Of a stretch of DNA of 64,000 nucleotides, positions 38,876-51,327 are shown one piece after another. The notes under the pieces were generated by a model. The model was not told the origin of the DNA, did not search any database, and was given only the letters and a program-made list of their open reading frames with translations. Position 1 is the stretch's first letter; each line of letters starts with the position of its first letter. The position numbers were made by a program, and so were the translations under genes. The stretch is from Octopus sinensis. Taxonomy: Eukaryota. The stretch covers positions 114,576,001 to 114,640,000 of the forward strand of contig NC_043003.1 in NCBI RefSeq assembly GCF_006345805.1, read 5' to 3'.

Positions 38876-39327
38876 ATATATATGCAAGTGCATACGCACA
38901 CGCAAACACAGATGTATGCACGTACTTAAACGTGCGCGCGCGCGGAGCTGATGATTCACTCGTTCTCAACTCAAAACCTCTCTCTCCCCTCTTTCTCTCC
39001 CCCCTTTCTCCCCTCTCTCTCTCTCTCATTTTAAACCACGGAATGATCATCTCCAAACTAATAAATAAAGCTGCATTTATTCAGTTCTTCTGCACAATTT
39101 CTCTCGTATGTGCATCCGACCGGTAAAACTCACACGCATATAGACAAACATGCATACACACCAGCATTCATACACACATTTGTATTTGTAAGTATGTGAA
39201 AACAGATAGAAATGCATAAATTCCTACGTGAAAAAACCCCCGACTCGTTAGAATAGAATGAGCATCGGTGATAAACGATGTTCGTCCTAACTCTTTCCTT
39301 CCTTTTGTTGCTTTCCATTGACCTTAC

Positions 39328-39464
39328 GACCTACAAAACGCTTATGAATCCAGAAAGTCGCTTCCTTCTTTTGTTTCAAGACGCAGCGTTCATTGTACCG
39401 TTTTGCGATCAAGTCTGCGTCGTGTGCAGCATCGTGATTGCATCCTTCCATCTTCCTTGTGTGC
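39328..39464 (-). CDS. Candidate 137-nt internal exon (HTRKMEGCNHD..KRFVG)
   Basis: CAG acceptor preceded by CTAAC, donor GTC|GTAAGG, one open frame; weak pyrimidine tract. Confidence 0.12.
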
Positions 39465-39600
39465 CTGGATCAGTTAGAACATTTTATATCACATACATGA
39501 ATGGCCAAAAGTCACCTGACAGTAAATCAAAAACATTTACTTCCAAGATTTATTTATGTTTAACAACTGAATGAATTTAATAAAAGCATCTAAATATAAA

Positions 39601-39766
39601 AGGCGTAGGAGTGGCTGTGTGGTAAGTAGCTTGCTTACGAACCACATGGATCCAGGTTCAGTCCCACTGCGTGGCACATTGGGCAAGTGTCTTCTACTAT
39701 AGCCTCGGGCCAACCAAAGCCTTGTGAGTGGAATTGGTAGATGGAAACTGAAAGAAGCCCGTCGTA

Positions 39767-39841
<75 letters not shown>

Positions 39842-40060
39842 TTGTGTCTGTGTTTGTCCCCCCCCACCATCGCTTGACAACCGATGCTGGTGTGTTTACG
39901 TCACCGTAACTTAGCGGTTCGGCAAAAGAGACTGATAGAATAAGTACTAGGCTTACAAAGAATAAGTCCTGGGGTCGATTTGCTCGACTACAGGCGGTGC
40001 TCCAGCATGGCCACAGTCAAATGACTAAAACAAGTAAAAGAGTAAAAGAGTAAAAGAGTA
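39601..40060 (+). mobile_element. SINE family 2, full length
   Basis: Head, core, internal (TA)n(TG)n and (GTAAAAGA)n tail all present. Confidence 0.93.
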
Positions 40061-40075
40061 TAAAACATCATGAAA

Positions 40076-40247
40076 ATTCTGTTGTGTCAGGGGAGAGTCA
40101 TTTTCTTTTTGTGCCTTATAATGTAACACATTCACAGGTAAAATTTCCACTTGTTTCTTATTTTTATTTGAAGTGGTAATTTTACCGGTGAGTGTGTTAC
40201 ATTATAAGGCACAAAAAGAAAATGACTCTCCCCAGACACAACAGAAT
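40076..40247. mobile_element. 172-bp fold-back/MITE-like hairpin
   Basis: 77-bp arms 40076-40152 and 40171-40247 nearly perfectly complementary, 18-nt loop. Confidence 0.8.
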
Positions 40248-40999
40248 ATGCTTCAACACACGAACTCATATAAAGAATCTTGCAAACCAAATCCCAAAAC
40301 GAAATCATGAAAATTGTTCAAACTGAAGTTCTTCTTGAGCGACACATTTTGCCATTCGAGTCAATACAGAATTACAGACAATATTTATTAAATTTTCATT
40401 CACTGTCGGGTGCCTTTTGGCCACCCCATTGTATAATGGATTAGCTGCGAGAAAGTGGTTGAATTCAACTTGAAGCTTTGCATATAGACATGTGTGTGTG
40501 CGTGTGTGTGTTACTAAAACTTTGGTAGCGAGGGAATATCTATTGTGTTTCAGTTAATTTAGTTACGCGAATGTTACAAGCGAACTAGTTTATAAATCCC
40601 TACATATTTAATTTATAAGATATACGAAATCAAATCTTTACAACAGAGTCGTGACTCTAACTTCAAGTTATTCGTTATTAAGAGTAAAGAAAATCTTAAA
40701 CTGCCTTACGTATTTTACACTTCTGAAATCTTCTTGTGAAATTCCTTCAGATAATCGCCATAAACCGACAATAATGACAGCTAGGGTGCACCTCACTTGG
40801 AAGATTTCAAAATGGATTATGCAGCAACATGTTTCTGCAGGTAGATCGAATACACAATCCTATGGTCATCATCATCATCACCACCATCATAACCACCAAT
40901 ATCACCGTCGTTATTATCCCTCCTCCTCCTCATCATCATCATGATCATCATCACCACCAATATCACCGTCTTTATTATCCCCCACATTCTCCTCATCAT

Positions 41000-41037
41000 C
41001 ATCACCATTCCAATATCTTCGACATTACTATCTTCTT

Positions 41038-41068
<31 letters not shown>

Positions 41069-41226
41069 ATCATCATCATCAACGTCATCATCTTCATCAA
41101 AATCTCCTTTTCCTCTTAAAACGCCTGTATTATATTCTTGCGCTACATCGTCACCTTTTTTGGGGTCACCACCATTTCCACAACCATTGCTCACGGCCAA
41201 CAGCATCAACACCACTACATCCCCAT
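41000..41226. repeat. Local duplication, copy 2
   Basis: Matches 37700-37950. Confidence 0.9.
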
Positions 41227-41344
41227 CGACGACACCACCAACATTGCTACCACGACCACATACCACTACAATCCCCACCACTTGCATTTCCACTGCAACA
41301 TTCATTTCTAACAAGATTTTTATCAATAATTCTACAACCATCCA

Positions 41345-42387
41345 TTGTATTCTCACCGCGAGATTACCACCACCATCACCACCGCCATCATCACTACAAC
41401 CGCCACTACCACCACCACCATCACCACCACCACCACCACCAGCAGCATTACTACCGCCACTACTAACGCAACCAGCAAAAACACCACCACAAACACACCA
41501 CTACCACCACCACCACCACCACCACCACAACCATCACCACTATCAGCACAACTGGCACCACCACCACCACCACCACAATCATTACCAATACTACCACCAC
41601 TACAACCATCACCACTACAACCATCACCACTACAACCATCACTACAACCATCATTTCTATCATCACAACCGCCAACGCAACCTCCACCACCACCACTAAC
41701 AACAATATCACCACAACCACTACCACCGTAACCACCCCACCATCATCACCACTGCCAATAGCAACAATGCTTCTACTCTCATCCACATTAACCCGACAAC
41801 CACCGCCGCCACCCTTCACACCCCCACCCCGTGACACAAACAGTCAGGACAAAAACCAAACCATTGCCAATCACAATACCAACACCACCGCTACTACCAC
41901 CAACACCCTCAACCATCCACAAAGCGACATACCACTACGACTACCACCAACACCTCATATTTGCAATCACCATACATTGAGCCAGCACGCCACCGACCAC
42001 CACCACCAACAACACCACCACCACTAACACCACCACTAACACCACCACCACCACCACCGAGACCAGGCATATCTGCAACCACCGCAACTCAAACCACCAC
42101 AGCTTCAACCACCACCACCACCACCATCAACACCACCGCCTTCACCTCAAAGACTACAGCGCCCCCGTGGCTCAACTTCATATATATTTTTATCTATAAC
42201 GATCACTTGTGCATCGAAAGCTAATTTGTATCAGCTAACCCCTACCTCACCCCACCACACACACATACGCCACCACTGCAATCCCTAATAAAATTTACTT
42301 CCCTCAATATATTTTCATCAAGCAAGGGGCCAACTTACTACTCCTTTAGAAAATCTTCAACAATTCCCACCACCAATGTCACTGCTG

Positions 42388-42436
<49 letters not shown>

Positions 42437-42502
42437 CACTACCATTACCACTACTATTACCACTACTACTACTACTACCACTACCACAACCACCACTACT
42501 AT

Positions 42503-42537
<35 letters not shown>

Positions 42538-42550
42538 TTACTACTACTAT

Positions 42551-42592
<42 letters not shown>

Positions 42593-42645
42593 AACTACTA
42601 CTATTACTACTACTACTACTACTAGCACTACTACTACCACTACTA

Positions 42646-42685
<40 letters not shown>

Positions 42686-42760
42686 CACTACTACTACCAC
42701 TACCATTACCACTACTATTACCACTACTACTACTACCACTACCACCACCACCACTACTAT

Positions 42761-42802
<42 letters not shown>

Positions 42803-42878
42803 CACTACTACCACTACCATTACCACTACTATTACCACTAATACTACTACCACTACCACCACCACCACTACTATTACC

Positions 42879-42909
<31 letters not shown>

Positions 42910-43210
42910 TTACCACTACCACCACTACCGCTGTTGCTGCTGCTACTGCTGCTTCTGCTTCTGCTTTTATTACTACTGCATAAACACCATCACTACCCCT
43001 CCCACCACAACCCCTACCACTACCGCCACTACTACAACTAGTACTACTACTACTACTAGTACTACTACTACTAGATACTACATATCGTAGATTCGGTGAA
43101 GGCTCGCGATGAAAATCTAACTTCAGAATGATAATAATAATAATAATAATAGTAATAACAATAATAATAACAATAATAATAACAATAATAATAATAATAA
43201 TCGTCATTAT
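41345..43210. repeat. ACC/ACT/AAT trinucleotide low-complexity region
   Basis: Direct reading; several frames stay open because of trinucleotide periodicity. Confidence 0.9.
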
Positions 43211-43251
43211 CTTCACCATCATCATCATTATGTAATCAACTCAGATACAGA

Positions 43252-43297
<46 letters not shown>

Positions 43298-43726
43298 GTC
43301 TCTCTCTCTCTCTCTTCCTCTCCCATTCTCTTTTTATCCTTCCATCTACCTATCTTTCCCTACTTTCCCATGAAAACTCGATAACCAACTTATCAACCCT
43401 GAAACATCGACAGTCCTACTCTTCCCCCTCTTCCCTCCTCCTCCTCCTCCTCTCACCCCACCCCCGAACCCCACCGAACCCTCAACTCTAAACTCTCAGC
43501 ACCACCACCACCACACCCGCCTCCCCCCGACTCTCCAACTCCCAACGCCAAGTCAACAACCATCACTTCACCACCTGTATCCATCACACCACCACCACCA
43601 CCACCACCACCACCACTACCGTCGCCACCGCCGCCGCCACCGCGCCACCGCCATTTGCCTCCAGCCCAGCTTCCGCTGTCATCATACTCAAACAGCGCCG
43701 GTCTATTATTGTGGATTGTTGCATAC

Positions 43727-43773
43727 CTTTCGCATTCCAGACATTCCAATGCTTTACCATTATAGTGTAGAGA
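43727..43773 (-). CDS. Candidate 47-nt exon (SLHYNGKALECLECE)
   Basis: Strong donor AAG|GTATGC; acceptor CCCCTGACTAG; island of complex sequence in low-complexity DNA; alternative readings exist on both strands. Confidence 0.15.
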
Positions 43774-44618
43774 CTAGTCAGGGGAATTCCTGCCAATATT
43801 GGAAAAGTAGGTGTGTGGTGAGGGTGTGGGTGAGGGTGTGGTGGTGGTGGTTGGGTGGGTGGTGAGGGTGAATCAATGCATGTCGCGGTTATGTTGGTGG
43901 AATGGTGGTGGCTTTATTTAGGGAAATGATGGTAGATGCAGGTGTGGTGGTGGTGGTGGGGGGGCAGGCGGGCGGTCGGGCGGTCGAAGGTTTGAGAAGC
44001 GAGAGAGAATGCGTGGTAGGAATGGTGGAGAGAGCGGGTGGCATGGAGGGGTGGGGGTGGGATGGCGAAGGGGGAGGGGTGGGTGCGGCGGCGCAGGTAG
44101 CTAAGCGATTCTACTTCCACTTATGGCACCATCAATGTTATGGGATTTAAAAGCAACATGAAATGCAACAGTAATGTTACAGCAACAGTAGCAACAACAG
44201 CAACAACAACAATAGTCCTAACAGTAGCAATGAAACAGTAATACAGCAGCAACAACAACAACAACAACGACGTATAACAAATAACAGCAGTCGTATAACA
44301 ATAATAATAATAACATTAATATTACAGTAATAGCAACAATGGCGGTGCCCCAGCATGGCCACAGCTCGTGAGCTGAAACTAGATAAAATAAAATAAAATA
44401 AAAATAAATAAAAATAATATAGAATAGAACAGCAGCTGCAATATAACAATAATGGTAATATTGAAAGAGCAACAGGAAAATAGGATTTGTAGCAGCGGTT
44501 ACATTGCAATAATAACAACATCAATATAAACTGCAGGAGTAAATAGGAAAACAGCAAAGAAGACAATACAATTAATGTTGCACTAGTAATACAGATATAA
44601 TAAAAAAACAGTGTATTG

Positions 44619-45020
44619 GGTCTCTTTTCGGTTTGAACGGCAGTTTTTAACAGAATTTCTAAAAAATTTTAAACTTCATCGTACTGGTAGAATGTGTTTA
44701 TAAAACATCTTTTTCTCTTGGCTTTATTGAGAAAATTCAATAGTTTGTAAGATATTTGTAGTTGTTTTTTCTTCAATTTCTGCAATTTCAATCAATCACT
44801 GACGTCTATTGAGGTAAAAAAAAAATATTCTGTGCCGTATGACTATGTCCCTCGTTTAAGAAACAGATTGGGCTTATTTACATTTGTGAAGAAAAAAAGA
44901 TACCCTTTCCCCCACTCCTACCGTAACCCTAACTAACCCTAAAAGAAATTGAAATGCAATAGATCGATTCAAGGGTCATAATTATGGGTGACAAAGTCAT
45001 ATGACAAACCGAAAGGATCC
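44619..45020. mobile_element. MITE with GG..CC TIRs and 8-bp TSD, copy 3 (right TIR partly deleted)
   Basis: TSD GTGTATTG at 44611-18 and 45021-28; body homologous to copies 1 and 2. Confidence 0.9.
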
Positions 45021-45107
45021 GTGTATTGTAACAACAATGATAATGGCAGTATTATAACAATGAGAAAGTTATAATAAAACAAGAACAACAATGTCACGTG
45101 AAGTTTT

Positions 45108-46640
45108 AAGCGGCGAGCTGGCAGAAACGTTAGCACGCCTGGCGAAATGCTTTGCGGTATTTCGCCTGCCGTTACGTTCTGAGTTCAAATTTCGCCGAGG
45201 TCGACTTTGCCTTTCATCCTTTCGGAGTCGATTAATTACGCACCAAGTTACGCAGTGGGGTCGATCTAATCGACTTAATACCTATGTCTCTCCTTGTTTG
45301 TCGCCTCTATGTTTAGCCCCTTGTGGGTAATAAAGAAATAGGTATATCGCTTGCCGTTACGTTCTGAGTTCAAATTCTGCCGAGGTCGACTTTGCCTTTC
45401 ATCTTTTCGGGTCGATTAAATAAGTACCAAGTTACGCAGTGGGGTCGATCTAATCGACTTAATCCCTTTGTCTGTCCTTGTTTGTCCCATCTGTTTAGCT
45501 CCTTGTGGGCAATAAAGAAATAAGAAATACTATAGGAAGGTCTGGAGAATAAAAACCACTACAGTAATGTTAGAATAGCAGAAATATAACAAGGATAATT
45601 CATGTAGCAAAGTTATCATCACAGCATTAATGAGAAGAACAGATATAGAACAGCATAAATTAAACAAATGCACTAATTTCACAACAGCTGTAATAGCATA
45701 AGAGCCTCAACAACCAGCAGAGTAGCATAACGTTTTTACTCTAGGCACAAGGCCTGAAATTTTGGGGGAGGAATCAGTCGATTAGATTGACACCATTATG
45801 CAACTGGTACTTAATTTATCGACCCCAAAGGGATGAAAGGCAAAGTCGATCTCGGCAGAATTTGAACTCAGAACATAAAGACAGACGAAATACCAACTCG
45901 CCGCCTTCAGAAGAGTAACGTAACTTCAACATTGATAATATAATTATAGTAATATAAGAGAAGCAGCCCCGCCGAGGTCGACTTTGCAATTCATCCTGTT
46001 GGAATCGATAAATTAAGTACCAGTTGCGTACTGGGGTCGATCTAATTGACTGCTCCCCACCCGCCAAAAAAAAAAAAAAGGATTTCGGGCTTTGTGCTTA
46101 GAGTAGAAAAGAATATGAGTAGCAGTATTAATAACAAGAAGTGTTACATGATAAAGTTAAGACAAGTACATCTGTGATATTGGTTCCAAATTTTGGCAGA
46201 CAGCTAAAAAGTTCGGGAGGAGGAGGCTAAGTCGAATACATGGACCCTCAGTATTCAACTGGTACTTATTTTATCGAATCCGAATTGATGAAAATCAAAG
46301 TCAACCTCGGCGGAATTTGAACTCAGAACATAAATATAGACGAAATGCTGCCGAGGATTTTAGCCCGGACCGCTACCGACTCTGCCGGTTGGCCGCTTTA
46401 AGTGTAATTCTAATATTATACAGTATTAATGTAACATCAAAGAAAGGTGGGGAGCAGGCGGAATCGTAGAGCATGCCGGGCGAAATACTCAGTGGCATTT
46501 CGTCCGTCTTTACGTTCTGAGATCGATTTTGCCTTTCATCCCTTCGGGTCGATCAAATAAGTACTTTTTGATGACTGGGGTCGACGTGATCGCCTTACTC
46601 CATCCCACGAACTTGCAGGCCTTGTGCCAGCATTTAAAAC
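45108..46640. mobile_element. Cluster of six SINE family 1 copies (+,+,-,+,-,+)
   Basis: Copies at about 45108-45345, 45341-45525, 45730-45907, 45967-46113, 46170-46400 and 46445-46640, each with the GGTCGAC/TTCATCC/AGTAC core. Confidence 0.9.
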
Positions 46641-47156
46641 CAATTACAGTAACAACAAAGAGGGTAGGGATAACTGTTGGTAGTTTAATCATTCTTCTAG
46701 AATGTCTGAAGGGAGAAGATTAGTCGACAGCAGCAATTCCTGTCTCTGATACTTAATTACATCGGACCCATGAGTGATGAAAGGCGAAGTTGGACCTTGG
46801 TAGGATTTGAACAGCTAACAGTGAGTGATAAAAGCATAATGTTACATATGCCAGGCCAACCTGTTGCTACCCACTTCAACAATATGAATCATTTATATTC
46901 CAGATTTATCAGTGTGTGGCGTGGCTTTGCACCACGGATCCCCCTTCTCAAGGAAATAAAAGCAGCAACGTCTCATATTTGATCTTCGCACTATATCTCT
47001 AACAGGTATGCATGGACGTTTTCCCATTCATCCTTTCACTTAATCTTAATTCTTTTAGACCCTTTTTAATCATCCTTCCCGCCTCTCTCTGCAACATTCC
47101 CGTATTTACTTACCTCTACTCTTTCCGTCAGCCTTTTCATCCTCCTTTCTGTACGC

Positions 47157-47723
47157 CTTCTCCTATAACTTCTGTTTCTCGTTATCTGCCCGCTTTATTC
47201 TGCGTCCATTATCATTTGCAGCCAGTTTTTCAAGCTGAGAGGACGTAAAATGTGGTTGACTTTTTCTTCTCTTTTTCTCTTCCCCACTGACGAAGAATTG
47301 AATCAGAAATGTTGGATATTCCACTCTTCACACCAAATTCACTGTACCCCTTTCACTTTATAGTATATATATATATATATATATAGGTGGATATTCCACT
47401 CTGCACACCAAATTCACGGTACCCCTTTCACTTTATAGTATACTATATATATATATATTATATATATATATAATATATTATATTATATATATATATATAT
47501 ATAATATATATATTATACTATAAAGTGAAAGGGGTACAGTGAATTTGGTGTGAAGAGGTGGAATATCCAACATTTCTGATTCAATTCTTCGTCAGTGGGG
47601 AAGAGAAAAAGAGAAGAAAAAGTCAACCACATTTTACGTCCTCTCAGCTGAAAAACTGGTGCAAATGATAATGGACGCAGAATAAAGCGGGCAGATAACG
47701 AGAAACAGAAGTTATAGGAGAAG
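47157..47723. repeat. 567-bp near-perfect palindrome with (TA)n spacer; Penelope pLTR-like arms
   Basis: Arms 47157-47367 and 47514-47723 differ by about three 1-nt indels; partial third copy 47386-47443; CTGACGAAG..GAAATGTT motif in arms. Confidence 0.9.
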
Positions 47724-47724
47724 A

Positions 47725-47762
<38 letters not shown>

Positions 47763-47764
47763 CT

Positions 47765-48168
47765 CTTTTACTCTTTTACTTGTTTCAGTCATTTGACTGC
47801 GGCCATGCTGGAGCACCGCCTTTAGTCGAGCAAATCGACCCCGGGACATATTCTCTTTAAGCCCATTACTTATTCTATCGGTCTCTTTTGCCGAACCGCT
47901 AAGTGACGGGGACATAAACACACCAGCATCGGTTGTCAAGCAATGCTAGGGGGACAAACACAGACACACAAACATACACACACACATTTATATACATATA
48001 CATATATACGACGAGCTTCTTTCAGTTTCCATCTACCAAATTCACTCACAAGGATTTGGTTGCCCCGAGGCTATAGTAGAAGACACTTGCCCAAGATGCC
48101 ACGCAGTGGGATTGGACTCGGAACCATGTGGTTGGTAAGCAGGCTTCTTACCACACAGTCACTCCTGC
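47765..48168 (-). mobile_element. SINE family 2, full length
   Basis: Reverse complement of the family consensus. Confidence 0.92.
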
Positions 48169-48169
48169 A

Positions 48170-48204
<35 letters not shown>

Positions 48205-48402
48205 GAGATAATGGTGTCATTGAGACCCAAAGGTGTCAGGTAATGCTGAAAGGGGCTATAGACAGAGCGTAGTTAAGTTCCTATAAAAGAGATTTACGAA
48301 TTCAATACCCATACATATCTTACATCTATTTTCTTTCCTCCACCTCACTCTCTATTTGTATGACATCGAAACTAACTATGACTTAATTTTTCCCCTCACA
48401 CC

Positions 48403-48454
48403 GTCTCCGATGAAGGGATATTATTAATTAATATCCTAGAAACTGCTGTAAGAC
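48403..48454 (+). ncRNA. Type I hammerhead-like motif with 9-bp stem II (U4C core variant)
   Basis: GTCT-CCGATGA-A-GGGATATTA-TTAAT-TAATATCCT-A-GAAA-C-TGCT-GTA-AGAC. Confidence 0.55.
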
Positions 48455-48581
48455 CTTCTGTCTATAAATACTCTAATATCTATACAGCCTTGGTTTTTAT
48501 CTCATTACGCAAAACATTCTTATATATATACACAGAAGCACAGACACACACACGCAAACATATATATATATATATATATAA

Positions 48582-49150
48582 TCATCATCATCGTCTTTGT
48601 CGTTTGACGTCCGCTTTCCATGCTGGCATGGGTTGGACCATTTAGCATGGATCTGGCTGGCAGGGAGCTGTCTAGACTCCTACAATTTACTGTAGCGTGG
48701 TTTCCACTTAACAGACTATGTTGGGTTTACCGTCTATGGAGCACCGGCACTTGAAAGGACAAACGTGTACGTGTCTTTCACACATAGAGGCAAGTCACCA
48801 TATTTCCCGATCCATTGTCATTTCCTCAATGAGGCCTAGCGTCCGATGATCCTTTCTCACCACTTCGTCCAACGGCTTCCTAAGTCTACCCTCTTCACAG
48901 GTATCCTCCACAATAGAATTCGGCACTTCTTTATGCTCCTGTCCTCATCTATAACCAAACCAATGTTGTCTTCTCTCTTGCATTCAACTTCTGATGCCGT
49001 TTTTAGCCTTCCTCTTAAATCATGGACTCTCTGTCGTGCATTCACACTCACATCACCTATACAGCGGAGCATGTAAGCTTCATTTCTTATATAATACAGT
49101 GATCAGTTTTGTGGTCATCTTGGGGTCACTGGATCCGAGCATAGGAGACT
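48582..49150 (-). mobile_element. RTE-type LINE 3' remnant with (GAT)n tail
   Basis: MLRCIGDVSVNARQRVHDLRGRL..DEDRSIKKC..GSRWTKW resembles MLRWMCNVSV..RQSV..LRE.L..DED..VKKC..GRPRKTW. Confidence 0.75.
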
Positions 49151-50014
49151 TCCAGACACAAAACTTACCAATTCCTTGAATGATTTCCCGCCCGATAATT
49201 CACTCGCATCAGTTCTGTCTCTGTCTCTCTCTCTCTCTTAATTTTTCCCTGCACACACACACGCGCACACACACACACACACAGATCAGTGAGCCCTTTC
49301 AGCCCTTAATACTATCGCCTGTAGCTGTGTAGTGGATGCCATCGGTCGTGTTGTGGATGCTATATGTCAATGAAAGAACCTGTAAACAGTTACTTAATAG
49401 ATTAGAAATAGCACCCACATCACCCTTAAATCACATTCCATGTCTTAAGTGGGGAACATAATGATGTCCTGTTCCTTCATTTTGCCTGGTTTAAGCTGAG
49501 TCTTGATAGTCAAGTGTGGAATGTCGGTCTACTCCATCATAACTGACTTGTGTGACACATTAAAAAGAATTGGAATGATTTTTCAACTGACCCCGATCAT
49601 GTAAATTGTAAATGAAACCAGAAAATGTTGAACTAAGAAAAGCAGCTTTTAAATATAGTTGAAATGATTGTAAGGAACTCTAGCAGTTTTCCCGTTCAGT
49701 AGAATCCCACAAATGACATCGATGTAAGATCGATAAGATTAAGTCAGAAAGCTTAAAAAGTAAAAACAGATAATCACATAAAAAACACAGACCCAACGCA
49801 CGAGTTCGATCTCAAGCAAAATCCAATCTATGTAAATATGGTTAAAAAAAAATTTTAATTGTCCTAACGATCAGAAATCAATTATTTTCAGCACGCTCAT
49901 TTTAAAGTTTCTGTACCAGAAGAGAAACAAAATAAAGAAAAATAGGGCAACTATGTCGGATGAAGAGTTAAAGCCCCTTCGATCTGTCTTACTAGGGACA
50001 CAGAGGTTCATACT

Positions 50015-50114
50015 NNNNNNNNNNNNNNNNNNNNNNNNNNNNNNNNNNNNNNNNNNNNNNNNNNNNNNNNNNNNNNNNNNNNNNNNNNNNNNNNNNNNNN
50101 NNNNNNNNNNNNNN
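50015..50114. other. Assembly gap (100 N)
   Basis: Direct reading. Confidence 1.
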
Positions 50115-50942
50115 ACACACACATGCATGAATGCATGTGAGTATGTGAGTGTGTGTGCGCATGCATGGATGTGTGTGTGCGTGTGTGTGTGTGCCCTTAC
50201 TTTGTTTTATTCTAAGAATGCTTGCCAATAGAGAAAGAGACGGTTTCTAACCTAGATCGAACTCTACTTCATTGAGATTTTAACAAGGTATTTGTGCAAT
50301 TTTTTGAGAAATGTGTGCATTATTTGGAGTCATTGCACATGCAAACGTATGTGTTCTAGGTATGGAATCTCGTACATTTGCCTGCATACCTAGACATAAT
50401 CATATACACTGAAGTTGTACATGTAAGGAAGATTTTGCAAAATGTATTTCTGTATTTGTGTGTCTCATCGCATAATTTCGCGCTGTAGAAACAATACGGT
50501 GTGGTTATGCTTGGAACGGCTTGTATCAGTGATGTGAAGATAAACTCCGAAGTTAATAACTAGCAGAAGTAGTGTGTATTCGATCTGCTAGTAATAGCAA
50601 CCAATATTTCCTCCAATTACACAACGTTTGTTAAATAATTTGAGGAAATATTTAACACCTGAACGAATGGATAAATTCTCACCGCCCTAATGTTGTGTTT
50701 GAACGAGTCCATGAATTTAAAAGAATAAATATGATATCAAGAGCCTCGAGTGATATTTTGAGAGGTAAGGAATACAACAAATGGTAAACTACAATGTCTG
50801 ATACGTTCTTTGGTAGATAATGTCTAAAAGTAAAACGGGAAGGGCAAGAGAGGAATGTCTTTCCTCTTCGGTCTGATCAGTTAAGACCAACGGAGAGGGA
50901 AATATTATGAACAGTTCTAAGAATAAAACGATGGTTGACAAA

Positions 50943-51327
50943 TGGATGGAAGCACTCCGTCGGTTACGACGACGAGGGTTCCGTTTGATCCGATCAACGG
51001 AACAGCCTGCTCGTGAAATTAACGTGTAAGTGGCTGAGCACTCTACAGACACGTGTATCCTTAACGTAGTTCTCGGGGATATTCAGCGTGACACAGAGAG
51101 TGACAAGGCCGGCCCTTTGAAATACAGGTACAACAGAAACAGGAAGTAAGAATGAGAGAAAGTTGTGGTGAAAGAGTACAGCAGGGATCACCACCATCCC
51201 TACTGGAGCCTCGTGAAGCTTTAGGTGTTTTCGCTCAATAAACACTCACAACGCCCGGTCTGGGAATCGAAACCGCGATCCTACGACCGCGAGTCCGCTG
51301 CCCTAACCACTGGGCCATTGCGCCTCC
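50943..51327 (-). mobile_element. tRNA-derived SINE family 3 with 13-bp TSD, alternative 3' tail
   Basis: A box TGGCCCAGTGG, B box GGTTTCGATTCC; TSD GATGGTTGACAAA at 50930-42 and 51328-40. Confidence 0.92.

Noticed and set aside
42338-43228. Mucin-like Thr-rich frame (42350-42981) and poly-Val/Leu ORFs
   Set aside because: Several frames are open simultaneously, as expected for ACT/ACC trinucleotide slippage; no independent coding signal.
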